Below are positions 31,821-45,624 of a stretch of DNA of 64,000 bases, piece by piece. Source of the stretch: Eledone cirrhosa (Eukaryota). The translations under genes and the position numbers were made by a program. Location: NCBI GenBank assembly GCA_964016885.1, contig OZ024746.1:93806001-93870000 (forward strand), read 5' to 3'. Under the pieces are notes generated by a model. It worked only from the letters and a program-made list of their open reading frames with translations. It did no database searches and was not told the origin of the DNA. Positions within the stretch are counted from its first letter, which is position 1. Each line of letters opens with the position of its first letter.

Positions 31821-33780
31821 ACACTCGTCTTTTACGAATGAGACAGTTGATTTATGATGAAAGGATGACATTGGTTGGATGATAGAAGTGCTGTGAATGA
31901 ACGTAGGATGATGATAGAGAGGGAGATGCAGGCGATAGGGCAAAATGAAATTTGTCGTGGAGCTCGGAAAGCTAACCCCTGTTTTAGATAAATGGGAAAT
32001 TTTATTTTTAGCTGAAGCTCTCTGAATTGGCTCTTATTCTGGGATTATTTTTGTCATGTCACACATAATGTGACAATCAGGACAAATAACATTTGAAATT
32101 TTCACTTTCATTGTTCAAGCCGACATGGCAACAATAGTTTTAACTGCAGGTATTGAAAATTGTCGATTACCGAGACTGAATAATTTACATGAAAGCCATA
32201 TTTTTTCCATATAACTGAACACGTATTACTGAAATAACATCTTTCTCTCTCCTTTCGATATTTCTCCTTCCTATCTTCGTTTCTCTCTCTCGTCTCTCTC
32301 TTCGGTTCTCTGTCCCTCTCTCCCCTCTGTTTCTTCTCTTTTCCTTTCTATCTCTCTCTCCCCCTTCTCTGTTTAATGATAACGATTTAATCTGAAAATT
32401 ATAGATTAGATTGTCCAGTGGTCGGAGTATACTTGTTTATTGACAGTTTTTCTTTTTAATATTTAATTACGTTTCTGCTGTTAAAATATAAGATAACCGA
32501 TATTGGAGTACATTTTCATGTAAAACGTAAGGTCACCTAATATCATATATCTAGAATAAAACATTTAAAGCTTCTAGTACTCAAGACTTTGGGGTCTTTA
32601 AGTTCATTTTAGCAGTTACATTGGTAAATTTTCTGTAAGGCCTTCTTTTCATTGGGCAAAAATCGAAAGACACTGCATGAATGAGGTGTCAACCATCTGA
32701 ACCATCCAATAAAAGCAGGAATATTACAATACATTTCTCAACTACTGCACCATGTTGTTTTTTTTTTTTTTTAACCCCAAGTCAGTCCAGTTTGATCAAA
32801 AATATTTCAGCAATGCGTATTGCGTATTTAAAATGGTAATTGTTTGAAGGAGATTTGGCTGCTATTTCTGGCAAGTTAGGCGATCTTACATGCTCTCTCG
32901 TTTGCTCTTCTCAAAAGTTAAAACTTATTGGTACCTCAGTGTATATTGTTCTTGCTCATCAAATTTATCTACCATATCTTGCTGTCTTTCATAATTAGTC
33001 ATATTCAAATTTTCATATTGAAGTGTTCATATTTAAAACGTTCCATTGAACATTTTAACCCAGGTGCTTTTTTTTTTTTTTTTTTTTTGTTGTTAGAGGT
33101 GGGGGCTCCTTCTTGTAATGGAAAAACTTCAGCGTTATCTTTCTAATGGTCTGATGTAAATTATGCAACAGGAAGTTAAGCAAATGGTTGAGTAAAGCTG
33201 CTAATTTTACTGTTAACAAATTTGCTAGCGACGAAATAATTTTTTTTATATATGAGACCTGATATTTTCCTGCCTCTCCGTTAAATGAACACCCATTCCT
33301 TCTTTACCATTTCTCTTTTCTCCTCCTCCTCTCGCGCTTTCTTTGCTCCTCCCATCTCCCTCGCTCGCACTGTGTATCTTTTCCCTTTCACTCGATTTTC
33401 TTCGCCCTCTCACAGACGTTCTCTTCTCTCCCACAACACACATAAGCATCATACCAGCTGTCAGATTCCTGTGCAATTTACATCTTATGTAATTGATTAA
33501 ATAGTAAGCTGTCCTAATATCACGCTCCCCTGTTATTTTTTCACGTTTTCTAATTCACCGATACCTAAACTTTTTCTACTGATAAGTGGTGTATATAAAT
33601 TAAAAGTATAAGTATGTAAATGAATATATTAAAAAGAAAGCCGCCATTGAGAAAAAGAAATTGAATGAAAATAAATTCGTACAAACTCTAAGCATTTGGT
33701 CTCGGTATCTTTGGCGTTCGAAGATTCCATCGTTCCCAGTTAAACTGGGCCTCAGTAGTTGGCCTACTGGACTGTAAATA

Positions 33781-34088
33781 GCGCATGGCTTAGTGGTTAG
33801 AGCGTTGGGGTTTACAATCGTGAGGTTGAGTTCGATTCTTGGGCGGGGCTCTGCGTTCTTGAGCATGATACTTTTTTTCACGTTGCTCCAGTTCACTCAG
33901 CTGTAGAAATGAGTCACGATGTCGCTGGTGCCAAGCTGTATCGGCCATTGCCTTTCCCTTGAATATCGGTGGCATGGAGAAGGGAGACTGGTATGTATGG
34001 ACGACTGCTGATCTTCCGGACTTGTCTTGGAGGCGAACTTTCTACGTGCAAATCCCATGGTCATTCGTGACCGAAGGGTGTCTTTATA
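33781..34088 (+). mobile_element. tRNA-derived SINE family B; other copies at about 47710-47820 +, 59690-59938 -, 61815-62080 +, 62101-62375 +
   Basis: Head tggcttagtggttag (A box) ... gttcgattc (B box); shared body cttgagca(a)ga(c)actttatttcacgttgctccagt(t)cactcag. Confidence 0.8.
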
Positions 34089-36156
34089 CATATATATTGA
34101 ATATATATATATAATCACTTACCCTATAAATGAATCTGTGCTTAGGACGAAGTGACGTTTTCTATTAATCCCTATTGCTGATTTTGGCAATATTGTTATT
34201 GAAGCAAATATTAGTAATTTGTTGTCTGTGTATAAGTCGTCTGAATGAGATCAATGTCATATGTAATTGATTTTGAATATTAATCAATATAGAAACTGAT
34301 AAGAAATATTGATTCCTGACGAAAGCAAGGTGCTAAGTTCTAAGGAATTCAATTAGAACCTCCCCCTACTTTAGTATTTTGTGATATACATTCAATTATC
34401 ACCCTCCCCCTATAACTATAAAATCGTGTATTTGAAATCTGCACGTAACTAAATACCGGATTTCTTTCATCCTCTGTTCTAGCCATTTTGTCAATCTAAT
34501 ACCATATTAACTAACAAAAGTTACAAATAATAATTTTCATATGGAAGTTAGTTGTCCTATATTCTGTTTTCTTCATAACATTTAATTAATGTTTCTATGG
34601 AGACTAATAAGAATTAATTTCAACATAAAAGTAATTTGTTTTTACAAAGTTTGTCGTTCTCGGTATGTTAACATCTGTTCATCTGAGGACCCTAATTAAC
34701 ACAAGTTTTCAGTCTTGATCGAACAGATTTATGGTCAAAGGTATTCCAGCTGTGACCATTCTAATTTTTTCTCAACACTTACTGTTATCTAGGACAGCAT
34801 TATCTAATGTGTCCTTCGAACTTTTCTTTAAGAGAGTAAATTGTGATTTGAGGAATATTTTTTCCATTTCTAATAGGTTGAGTAACTAAGAAAAGGTTTC
34901 CCACGTTGGCTCGTAACATAACTCTGTTGTGGGTGTGTGTGTGTGTGAGGTATAATATTTTAATAGGATTTCTGAGAACTCTTTAAAATATTTCATTTTA
35001 TTTCCTGTACAACTTAATATCTATAAGCTTATAAAACATTAAAATTAGCTAAAGTATATATATATATATTTGTTTATTACTAACTGCATAATATATACTA
35101 TACATGAATTTACCCTAGCTTATTATACACACACAATATGGACTATTTTGGTGACAAGAATTCAGTCGATGTATTCTAGAGTTAAATTAGTTTTATTGAT
35201 GAGTGAATATAAACCTGTAAAGTAGGTTTCTTGCCTGATGCCCTGGTTTACAATTTCTATGGTTATAATAAATGCCAGGTAAAGCACTTGGTTAATTTTT
35301 ATGTAACTATTTCAGCAGTCAAAGGATATATTTATGGGACTGGCTCTTGAAGTCCTTTAACATTTATGCACTTCTACTTTGTTACTATTCAGACTAAATA
35401 TGAGATTTGATGTTTATATATCCATAATTTCTCCTGGATATTTAAAGGATATATTGTATAATATTGATGTAGTCTTGCCATAATCACTGGTTTATTTAAG
35501 TAAATATTTAGCAAAAATTCTATGTCATAGTTTATATAAGTTAATCTTTGGCACTTTAAAGAAGGAATACAATATTTTAGTGATTCGTTGCTCTTTAACA
35601 CTTCCCGCAGTAGCCTGGATAATTTTTCTGTCGTGTTTGTAAAAACAAAGTTAGGTAAAAGTAATAAGTTCATGTTGGATGTTGTAGACTTTAATAGTTA
35701 CTCACCATTAAAAGGCAATAGTTTGAAATCTACCAAAGAGCTGCTACACTTATACAGATGCTGTTTTATATTGCTCTAGGAGCATCACATAAATATTATA
35801 CTCACTGAATTAAAATAGTTAATGTGATTAGCTCGCAAATCGCACAGTTTTCTTTGTGAAATGTCTTCTGAATTGAAATATGAACTTCTGGATATTTTAA
35901 CATTCACTTCAAGGCCCCAAATCAGCTGATAAGAATCTCGAGAAATCGTTTCTAAAACCCATTTTACAAAATAGATATTTTATTTCTCTCTCGTTATCTA
36001 ACGGAAATATTTTTTGTGGACAGCCCGATAAACATGAGAGCATTATCATAAAAATAGCTTAAACGAGGACATTTGAAAATAAAATCTTTCTTTCTCTCTC
36101 TTTCTCTCTTTCTACGCATGCGCGCGTTTTCTTTTCTCAATATTTTTCTCATTCTA

Positions 36157-36192
36157 TCTTCTGATGAAGGGCTTGTCTCCGAAACGTTAAGA
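36157..36192 (+). ncRNA. Minimal hammerhead motif (dimer type)
   Basis: UCUU-CUGAUGA-A-GGG(CUUGUC)UCC-GAAA-CGUU-AAGA; palindromic AACGUU. Confidence 0.7.
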
Positions 36193-36269
36193 CTCTTTTA
36201 TTTCAAACGTTAAACTAATTTCTTTATCGTGCTGTGTCGTTTGCTTTATTTCTGTTTACTTTTTACGCG

Positions 36270-36315
<46 letters not shown>

Positions 36316-39300
36316 TAAACTCTATTTGTATGTAGAGCTATACAGGAGAGATTGTGATTGCCAAATAGTATTCTACAAAGCTCAATGCGTTTATGTAGTT
36401 ATAGGTGAGATATTATTCTGAAGGTAGAAGATACAGAAAGATGTAAACACAGAGCATATCTAACCAAACATAATGAGACATTAGCTCATTTATTGCTTTA
36501 CAATTGGTTCGGCATCGATTATTTAAAAGGCAAAATTCAAGATGGAATATGTTTGTGTACATGAACATAAAGGGAAGCTATTTAAGCAACAACAAAAATA
36601 ATAAAAGCAAGATAAGCTGAAAGGTTGAGCCCTATAGAGCAAGATGCAGGCTACTGGAGGCTGCATATCAAATAATGCCTGTGATAATCAGTAGTAATGC
36701 CGAAGCAATTGTAAAGCAGTAAATGAGCTAAGAACCTTTTTACATTCTCTATGGTGTGTGTGTGTGTGTGTGTGTATTTATATGTATATATGTGTATATA
36801 TATATAAAAGGTAAAGAGCTCGAACTTTTCACCCCAGGGTTAGGGTTGGAGTAGGGGGCATGTCTGATGGTCCCCTCTTTCCCCTCCGTTTTTCCGGGAG
36901 CAATGTTCGGCGATAAGATTAGCACACGAAAAACAAATTTAAATAAATAGGAGGGAAATGGTAAAAAAAAAACTCAAGAGTTGGAGTCTGAGGATCCTTC
37001 TTCTCCCCTCGTCCTTTGCAGCATATAAGATAGGTTTAATTGATAGCGGAAATAAATGATGAAAAAATATTTCCCACTGAAAGCAGTGAGGTTGCGCGTT
37101 TTTCCAGGGTAAACAGTCCCTTGCACCATATTACGAGGGAAGTTTGATATCACACAAACAAAAAAAATAAAGATTTCCTACTGAAATCAGTGGGGGTATC
37201 TTTCTCTAAATTGACCTTGAATTTTAGTTTACATGCAGACTCTGGTGATAAATACCCTCAATTTGTTTATAAAATATTATATAAGTAGTACTCAAATGGC
37301 TGAAATAAACATTAAACATTTTTATTGTTTAAGAACGTGTTGAAGTTTGCTTGAAGCATTGTGGAATAGTAAAAATGGTCGTTTTTAGAAGCCTCTACAA
37401 TGCAGATGGATAAATCTTCAGGTGACAGTAAGAAGAATAGGGATAAGAATGAAGGGGAGCAAGATAGGGAAAAGATATGTAAGATGAAAATGAAAAACCA
37501 GAGGTGAAGTTACCTTGGAATCGATCTATTAGTCCCTATATTGTGGATTTCTCATCCATCATCAGGGCGGGTCTGAAGGAACCCTGGAGGCTGTCAGGAA
37601 TTTACGCGTGTTATCAGTGTCAAACTAACTGAAAGCAAATATTCTCTATTGGTCGCACACACTCAAATTTGTCGTGATCATTAGGAAGGCAGCAAAAGTT
37701 AGCAGTCACCACTAAAGCATGGGATGGATGTAATATGGCAGGGTTCATGCACACATGGGAATGTTTTCTATTATAGAAATGGTCTGTTATGGTGCTGTAT
37801 GTTTTTGTGGAATGGAAGTTATTTCTAAGTACAAGCTATCATACTTTCTCCAATTTTCTTATGAAATATTTTTCTAGAGAGACAATTTGGATTGACTCCT
37901 GTTATTTGTATGAACCTATGAGTCTTCACTGGATCTGTTTACAGCTGTGAAATAATACATTTGTTTTGTGGTGTAGCCTATGATTAGCTCTGATTGAGCA
38001 GATGACCTCTGATGAAAGATGTTCTCGCTATGGTCATTGCATGTTATTTTTAGACAGTGCTACTGGGGAGCACGTTGTTCAATGTGTCCATATATTTTCA
38101 ATATCAATAGCTTGGTTTGAGGAGGAAAAGCTGTGCATATGACTCAACTTCTTTTTTTCAATCTCAGAAGTGAAAAGTGTTATCTACTGACCAAAAACAT
38201 TGCTCAAATGCTTGTAACACTAGCAGTGATTGCCACTCAAGATACCTATTTATGATGGTTCACATCATTTAGTTCTTGGTCAACTCTGATCAAGCATGCA
38301 TATGGTCAAAGCTGTTCCAACAGTGACCATACTTTCTTTCCCCAGGCCATGTCAATGCATAGTAGTAATTCAGATGAGCTTTGAGTGCTATATTTGAGCT
38401 GATCATACTACATACTGCCTTGTTGGTGAGCCAACATGGGAATTTCTACATAGTTGGTCGAGTATCAGCCTGCTGGTGGTGAAAGAACACATTGTATAAT
38501 CTAGTCCTAGATATTCTCAATAAAAGACAGGATAATCTTGACTTGACTGAATGCCTATGGAGGCTTGACCTGGGGTTGGTCAAATAATTTCTTGTTTATA
38601 ATTCAGATCCCTCCCATTTTTCTGTGTGCCTGTACAGGTTGTACCAGCCTACTATGAGCTTGCATCTTAAAAGGTTTCTTGGATGTTTTGATGATGGTGG
38701 CCCCACTTCTAACATGTTACCCTTTGTCTATTGACAGGAGGGAGGATTTTGAACTCAGATATCACAGATAGAACAGTTACTTCAAAGCATTCTGTTTGAA
38801 GCTCTAACAATTTTCTCAAGCTATTGCTCTGGACTGGTACTTTATTCATCTATCAAGAAAGGATGAAAAGCAATGTTTACCTAAGCTAGATTAAAACTCA
38901 GCAGAAAATGGCATTTAACATTCTCACAACTGCTAATTTGAAGGAAATATTAAATATGCTAAATAAAAATGTGGTAGGATGCATTATAAAAGTCATTTGT
39001 CTATATCCAGCAGGTAAAAGCACCTTTGTCTTCAAGAATTAAGCTCTAGAAACATAAACATTAGCTGTATTGACCTGGGCAGTTTAGGACCTCAAAAGGA
39101 TATGGATAAATTTCTTCAAGAATGGCTATTATTTTGAAAAAAATGCACACCTAGTGCACTCAAATTCTAGTGATGTGTTTGTATATTTATTTTTTAAATA
39201 TTTGCTGGCATACTAGAACTGTATCCCCAAAATAAAACTACAGTGGATCATGACAATCTGTCCATATGTGAGCTCTGAACTCCTGATGGAGTCATGGGGG

Positions 39301-40637
39301 TACTATCTTCGACATTTTAAAACTACTGGAGCCCAACTTTCTCCTAGTCTCAATAAGGCTAATTTCTTCCAAAGTGAAAGAATTCAGCCCAGTACAGGAC
39401 AAGTAATTTGTCTTTGGAAGGATCTTGGCGAAATTTGAATTCAAGATTGTAAAGAGCTGTAACGAATAATGCCTGACACTATAATTGACATTCTAACAAC
39501 TGGGTCAAATCTCTATATTATTTACAATAATACATACACTTGAAAAATAGCATGTTACTTTCCTCTCCTGGTAGCTTTGAATAATATGGAATGTGATTAC
39601 AGTGTCTTACATGCTAACAAATAATGGTATGTCTGGTCTGAAAATAGTTCATTAGTTTATATTGACGTCACAAATAAAATGTATTCTATATAAACACAAT
39701 TAGTTTTTCACTGGCTATTAAGATCTTGATATTGTTTATAAATCACTAAGTACTCAATGTTTCAATGAAGAGTTTTGTCTTTTGTGTGTATATGGTAATT
39801 GACTTGTTTGTACTCTTTAACATTAGTTGTAGCTCATGAGTATTTTACATTCAACAAAATTGAACATTTTTTCAGGACTCCTTTAATTGGTGTGTGTTGC
39901 AACTACTTCATATGGAAGCTTGTGTGGTTGTTTGATCTGTTAGAAATAACAACTAAATCTCCCTCGTAACCACTTCCATTTTAAAATGAAAATTTATTCA
40001 ATCAGGTGGCTCAGAATATAGCGTGGGGGAAAAAGACTCGATAATTATAGCTGGAATACCTTTGACCATAAGTCTGTTTGATTAAGGCTTCGTTAAGGCT
40101 AAACAATTATTGTGCATTATTTTATCTAGAGCTGTGCACCATATGTAATGTTTCTCCCAAATTCCTCAAAACTCTTAGTTTTGGTTTCATGAAAAGAAAA
40201 GGGTTAGAAAAAGAAACCTCTTGGATGGGAACACCAGTCTATTGCAAGTGATGATACTAGATGATTTGATATTAAAACAGTTAAAGTATGTTACAAAACC
40301 AGAGAATCGAAAAAGAGGCAGACAAATTACTTTATTTATTAAAATTGTTTTTTTTTTATAACCATAGTCTTATTTTAATGGGAAGGGTTATAAAATTGTA
40401 CTATTATGGGGAGGGGAGCTGATATTTGTCAGTTTGAGAACTTTGTTTTTCCCAGGCCTAATGCAATCATGGCCATTGCGTGAGATTTCAGTTATTTAAA
40501 TATTGTCATTTTATTCAACGAAAATTGACTATTGTTTTATGTTGTACAAAAAATCAATGTTTTTTTTTTCTTTTTCATATTTAGAAATGTTGTGTTGGGA
40601 ATATTATTTTCATTTGATTTTTTTTGTTTTCTTGCAG

Positions 40638-40773
40638 GGAATGTAGGATAAAAGTTGATATAGAGAAACCAACAAACCGAGATATTACAGACGCTTTATT
40701 AAAACATGAGCAAGCACAGCGGCACTTGAAAAACAACTTGGACTATCAACATGTGCCAGCCACAGAAGTCTGA
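40638..40773 (+). CDS. Delta: Delta terminal coding exon ending ...HVPATEV* (PDZ-binding motif)
   Basis: ttttcttgcag| acceptor. Phase-2 join gives G-ECRIKVDIEKPTNRDITDALLKHEQAQRHLKNNLDYQHVPATEV-TGA; ATEV is the conserved DLL1/DLL4 C-terminus. Confidence 0.93.
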
Positions 40774-41625
40774 ATTATCCCCTTTTTATCTTTTTTTTCC
40801 TCTTTTGCAGTAGCAACATCGTAACATGTTGTTCAGAATAGCAAAACAGATATAATCTAAGTGCCTTTTTATTTTTATTTTTTTTTTTATTTAATTTTTT
40901 TTTTCACAGAAAAGGCATTTTTTTCTGTGGCTATTTCACTGGATTGTATTTTTGTAAGAGATCATTACATATGTCCACTCTGTTAATGAACAGAGTGGAT
41001 AAGAGTTGCCTGATGTGTATGAAATGCACACACAAACACATACACACACACTCTCTGAGAGAGATAGGTAACTTTGTGGTAACCCTGCACTGCCAGATGA
41101 TGCGTGTACAAAAAAAAAATGAAAGGAGTTACAGTCCCAATCCTCTTTTTTTTTTTTACTTTACATGATTTCTCTCTTCTACATCCATCTCTACTTGGGC
41201 AGACAGTATGCTATCAGGTTAGGAACCTCTTAGATGGAACACGTTTACAGTTAACCCTAGGATGTTGCTGATCTAAGTTGAGCACAAACAGGATGGGCAT
41301 TTAGTCACATTCCCTTGTTTCTCTCTTCTAGACTATGCAAAAAATTACAACAGATTCTTCAATAATTTAATGGAAGTGGTACAGCTATCCCTCTTTTACC
41401 TTTTTTTAAAAATCTTTCTTTGTACTTCCATCTTACAGAATCTTCCATATCCATCTAGATTTGGTCAAGAATCATGTCTTACTATCGCACAGTAAAAGTG
41501 TTGCTGTGTTAAATCTTCTTCAGCTGTTGGAAACTCTCCGAGTAATTGGGAATTATTAGATGGAATATTTGGAATAGTTTATATATATAAAATATAAGCA
41601 ATTTTTTAAATTTATTTTTTATTTT

Positions 41626-41684
<59 letters not shown>

Positions 41685-42481
41685 TCATATATATGTGTAT
41701 ATGTTTTAACACCTTAGTAAATTATTTTGCCTGTAGTTTTAAGTTTCAAAAGAATTTATTGAAATCTATTTAAGAATATTTGTTTTGTTGCTCAGACTTG
41801 ATGCTTAAAGGAAGCACACTTTTCTGTAATTGTTGCAAATGTTTAGCTTTCCATATCAGCAAAGAAAACAGACTAAATGGTGTAAGAAATGGTTGTGTCC
41901 TAAAGTTAAACAAACAAACAAAACAAAGGAAAAAGTCAAAACAAATCTTTAATTTATTAATTTATTGTTCATATCTCTTTTCCCACCTATTATTAGTTTA
42001 CATCTCTCCCATACACACACACTCAAGAAAACCAAAACGTTGATAAACTGTGCTGCACATATTTTACAAAAGAATGTAACCATTGGAAATGCAAATTTGG
42101 ATTACTTATTTTGCTTTAAAAAAAATTGGTACATTGTCATGGCAGAATTCTCAGAAAAAAAAAAACAAAAAACGTTCTGTCTGGATAAAACTTTTCACCA
42201 CCGTCCTTTTTTCACGAAAGAATTCTCAATTTGGTTTCTAAAAGGTTAGAAAAAAGCTAATACATACAGCCAACCAATCAATCAACAAACTTAGATTTAT
42301 AATGATTCCTTTACAGAAAATAACCAAAAACCATCCACAATAACAAACTATAACAGCAAAATTATTTACATGAATACATTGGCACTTTCATAATCTCAAT
42401 GAAACTTATTTGAATTCAAAGTGCTATTAACTGTTTCTATTTTAGCAGAGATACTGCTTCTCTCATCCTCTTTCCCTCATC

Positions 42482-42514
<33 letters not shown>

Positions 42515-43370
42515 GAGAACCACAAAAGAAAAACATGATCAAAAACTTATGCTGTTCTCTTCAAACATCACCACCACTATGGTTTCACCATTTGTTTTCT
42601 CTTTCAGTTAATCCTTCCCTCCTTCCTTATTCAATGTTTGATTTACTGACTGATTATTTTATATCAATCTGAACTGATGTGTTCAGAGAAAAAGAAATTT
42701 AGTGACAATTATTCATCTCATTCTCTTAGAGGTAATGTCTTTCTCCCCTTTCCTATTGGCTGACACTCTATTAAAGCACAGACAAGCAACCAACTAAAAT
42801 ATCACATACACATGTGTGTGCAACATATATTTAGATTGACAATTTCAAGAAGTCAAAACTTCTATGGACTTTATGGTACACCAGCATTGACCGGTGACTC
42901 TAGAAATTTCAGAAGTGTAATAGGAATTTTTTTACACCCATCCCCTTATCCTATCCCATAAAATAAGCAAAAGAAGTTATCATGTATCATTTACCATTCC
43001 ATTTCAGTGGCAGGCAGGAGAGCGGGTCAAGGGGAGAATATTAAGTTTTGAGGCCCACACAGCAACCCCTACAGAAACTGTTTGTTTTTTTTCCAATGTT
43101 GCTGATCAAGGCCCTAGCTCTGTAATGTAGTAAATATATTAAAACAAAACAAATGAAAAGAGAAAAAAAAATTGAAAAATACATAATTCCCTACCCCATC
43201 CTTTCCTTCCCTCTTCCCAGAAGCATGGAGGCAGACAGCCATGGAATCATGCTTTGTAGCAGTATATGTCTGTGATGTTATTTTGTACATATTGTATATT
43301 TATCAAGATATGTATATATGTCATGTTGTCATATATCACTCAACATGAATAAAGGTCACAAGCCAGCTAT
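40774..43370 (+). promoter_or_regulatory. Probable Delta 3' UTR with AATAAA at 43348-43353
   Basis: Interspersed-repeat-poor AT-rich stretch after the stop codon, with miRNA-seed and Pumilio-type motifs and a canonical polyA hexamer. The true end is uncertain. Confidence 0.5.
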
Positions 43371-43881
43371 TTTTTCAATTACAGAATTCATCTTCTTTGG
43401 TCAGATTCCTGCTATCATGCTTCTCTCTATATCTCTGTGTTGTAATGCTTTGTTTGATCTATTTTTTTTATTTTTTTTATATTGTTCTAGCTTTAAATTT
43501 TAGTTTCATTTGTTAGTTAACTTGAAAATTGCAATAAGCTTTCTGGAGAAACCTTATGCAAGTACAAGGAAGATAATGTATAAAAGTTGCAACAAAACGT
43601 TTCTAGTAAAAAAACTTTGGTGTTGTAGAAATATTTGAGATACATATGTATGTATATAAATCTCAGTTCCAGTTTCCAATAGGGTTCCTTTCATCTAAGT
43701 TGCCTAATCTTGATAGCTTCCTAAAATTTAGAATCTCCCTATGAATTAGTATTCTAACAGAACTATCATTCAGGGCTGTTATAAAATCAGTGTTTGTTTT
43801 TTTTCTGAGGTTGGGGGGTCTTTTTTAAAATATTTTTATATAATTTATGAATTTGGGTAAATAACCACATGGATTCACTAA

Positions 43882-44052
43882 CCCTTTAGTGTTCAAAACC
43901 GGCCAGAATTCTCTACCTCTTTCTGTTGTATTGTGTTCAAAATAAATACTTTCAAAATCTCATAGATTTGATATTATGAGATAAGTATGAGGTAAAGACT
44001 TTACCATGAAAATATAATAGTATATATATAGAGTAATGTGAATGTTAAAGGG
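43882..44052 (-). mobile_element. piggyBac-type MITE (internally deleted)
   Basis: CCCTTTAG ... TAAAGGG|TTAA; same internal sequence as 28366-28571. Confidence 0.78.
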
Positions 44053-45592
44053 TTAATATGTAAATGCAATGAGATAAGACTAAAAACTATTTAAATATTT
44101 TGTGAAGATGTTGCCTGGTAATAAACGGAAAAAAGCGAAGATAATACATCGTTATACAACTACAACGGTATGCGATGGGTTGAAAATGTTTTTTAATTAG
44201 AAGCTTTATTTATTCTAAATTTTGGCAAAAAATTTTCTCGGCTAATTATATTTATTCATTATTAATTAATTACTTTGCCTTTCATCCTTATGGGGTCGAT
44301 AAAATAAAGTACCAGTAATGAACTGGATAATTGCTGGCCTTGTGCCTAAAGTAGAAACAATTATTAATTAATTACTATTTAATGTTACTGAATCTTTTTC
44401 CCTTGCTCTCCTTTGTAAGGTAAGAAGTGAAATTTAGATTATATCTTTAATGTATTCTTTGTAAAGTAAATATTTTTAAATTAGGAACTTTATTTATTCA
44501 AATTTGTCAATATATCTCTTTGTAATTGAATAGATTTATTTTTCTTTTAAATCTATTCCAGTTTACTTAAATTAGGTTAATGTCGAGAATGAGAAATTGG
44601 CTTAAATTTAAAATAATAGCTTAAAGCCAAATTTGAATTTAAGTTAAATTGTTTTGAAATACAACCTATCCTTCACAACTATTTTGCATTTTACTATATA
44701 AAGGAAGTTAATCTCAACTATTTATTTTCAAATAATGACATTTTATTTAATCTTATTAGATTTTAGTTCCATGTGGTGTTCACCTTTAAAATTTAATCTT
44801 TCAGGGCTGTTGTCATATTTATAAATATTCTAAAAAGTACATAGTTTTAGTATAGTAAAATTAAGAGTAGTTAGTTATCGGTTCCTAATATTTTCATTAA
44901 AAGATATTTTTGTTAACCAAATATAGTTGTTTAGCATCTGCTCAGTCCTGATTGAACAGATCTATGATCGAGTGTTCTATTTTTTTTTTTTTTCTTCAAG
45001 ACGATAGTTTGTGATTTGAGAGATTTGACTGCTATTTTTAGTAGGTCAAGCAACCCTTTTTGGCATCCTCAAAGACACATTGGCAGAATATTGCTTTATA
45101 TACCTTAAAACATTTGACATGAACATTTTTATCTTGTAAAACTTTATCTCTTGATCAATCACATTCCACTCCTGATTCCAGATTTTTCATTTCATTGACA
45201 TCGTGTAAAGTTTCATCATTATACTTTTACAGTACTAATTATTGAATTAATTTTATTTCAGTTGGATATAAGAAATCCTTATTTCAATGAACCATAACTT
45301 TCCATTGATTTAAAGCTCACTTTGGCATGTGTCTAGTGAGACTAAATTAGAAAATTGAAGTTTAGTTAGCTATACACACAGGACACCATGCTAAAATTTT
45401 GAGACATTTTTATCTTTTTTTTCTTTTTTTTTTTTTTCTTCTTTCTTTCTAGTCAATATATCTATAACAGCACTACAGATACTATGTTGTTGGGAAGTAC
45501 AAAATTACTGACAGCCTTTGTAGCGAATTTGTTACATTTGGCAACAACTTGATTCATCCATGTTGTTTTTTTTGAAAGATGGAGCTGTTTTT

Positions 45593-45624
<32 letters not shown>

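Noticed and set aside
33781-33850. tRNA gene
   Set aside because: A and B boxes are present but there is no intact cloverleaf, and it continues into a SINE body.
34898-34905. CSL/Su(H) site TTCCCACG (also GTGGGAA at 17133)
   Set aside because: Isolated hits, one within a degenerate interspersed repeat; no paired-site arrangement.
35389-35860. Possible hAT transposase remnants here and at about 45850-46270 (minus strand)
   Set aside because: Only vague motif resemblance; unsupported without a profile search.
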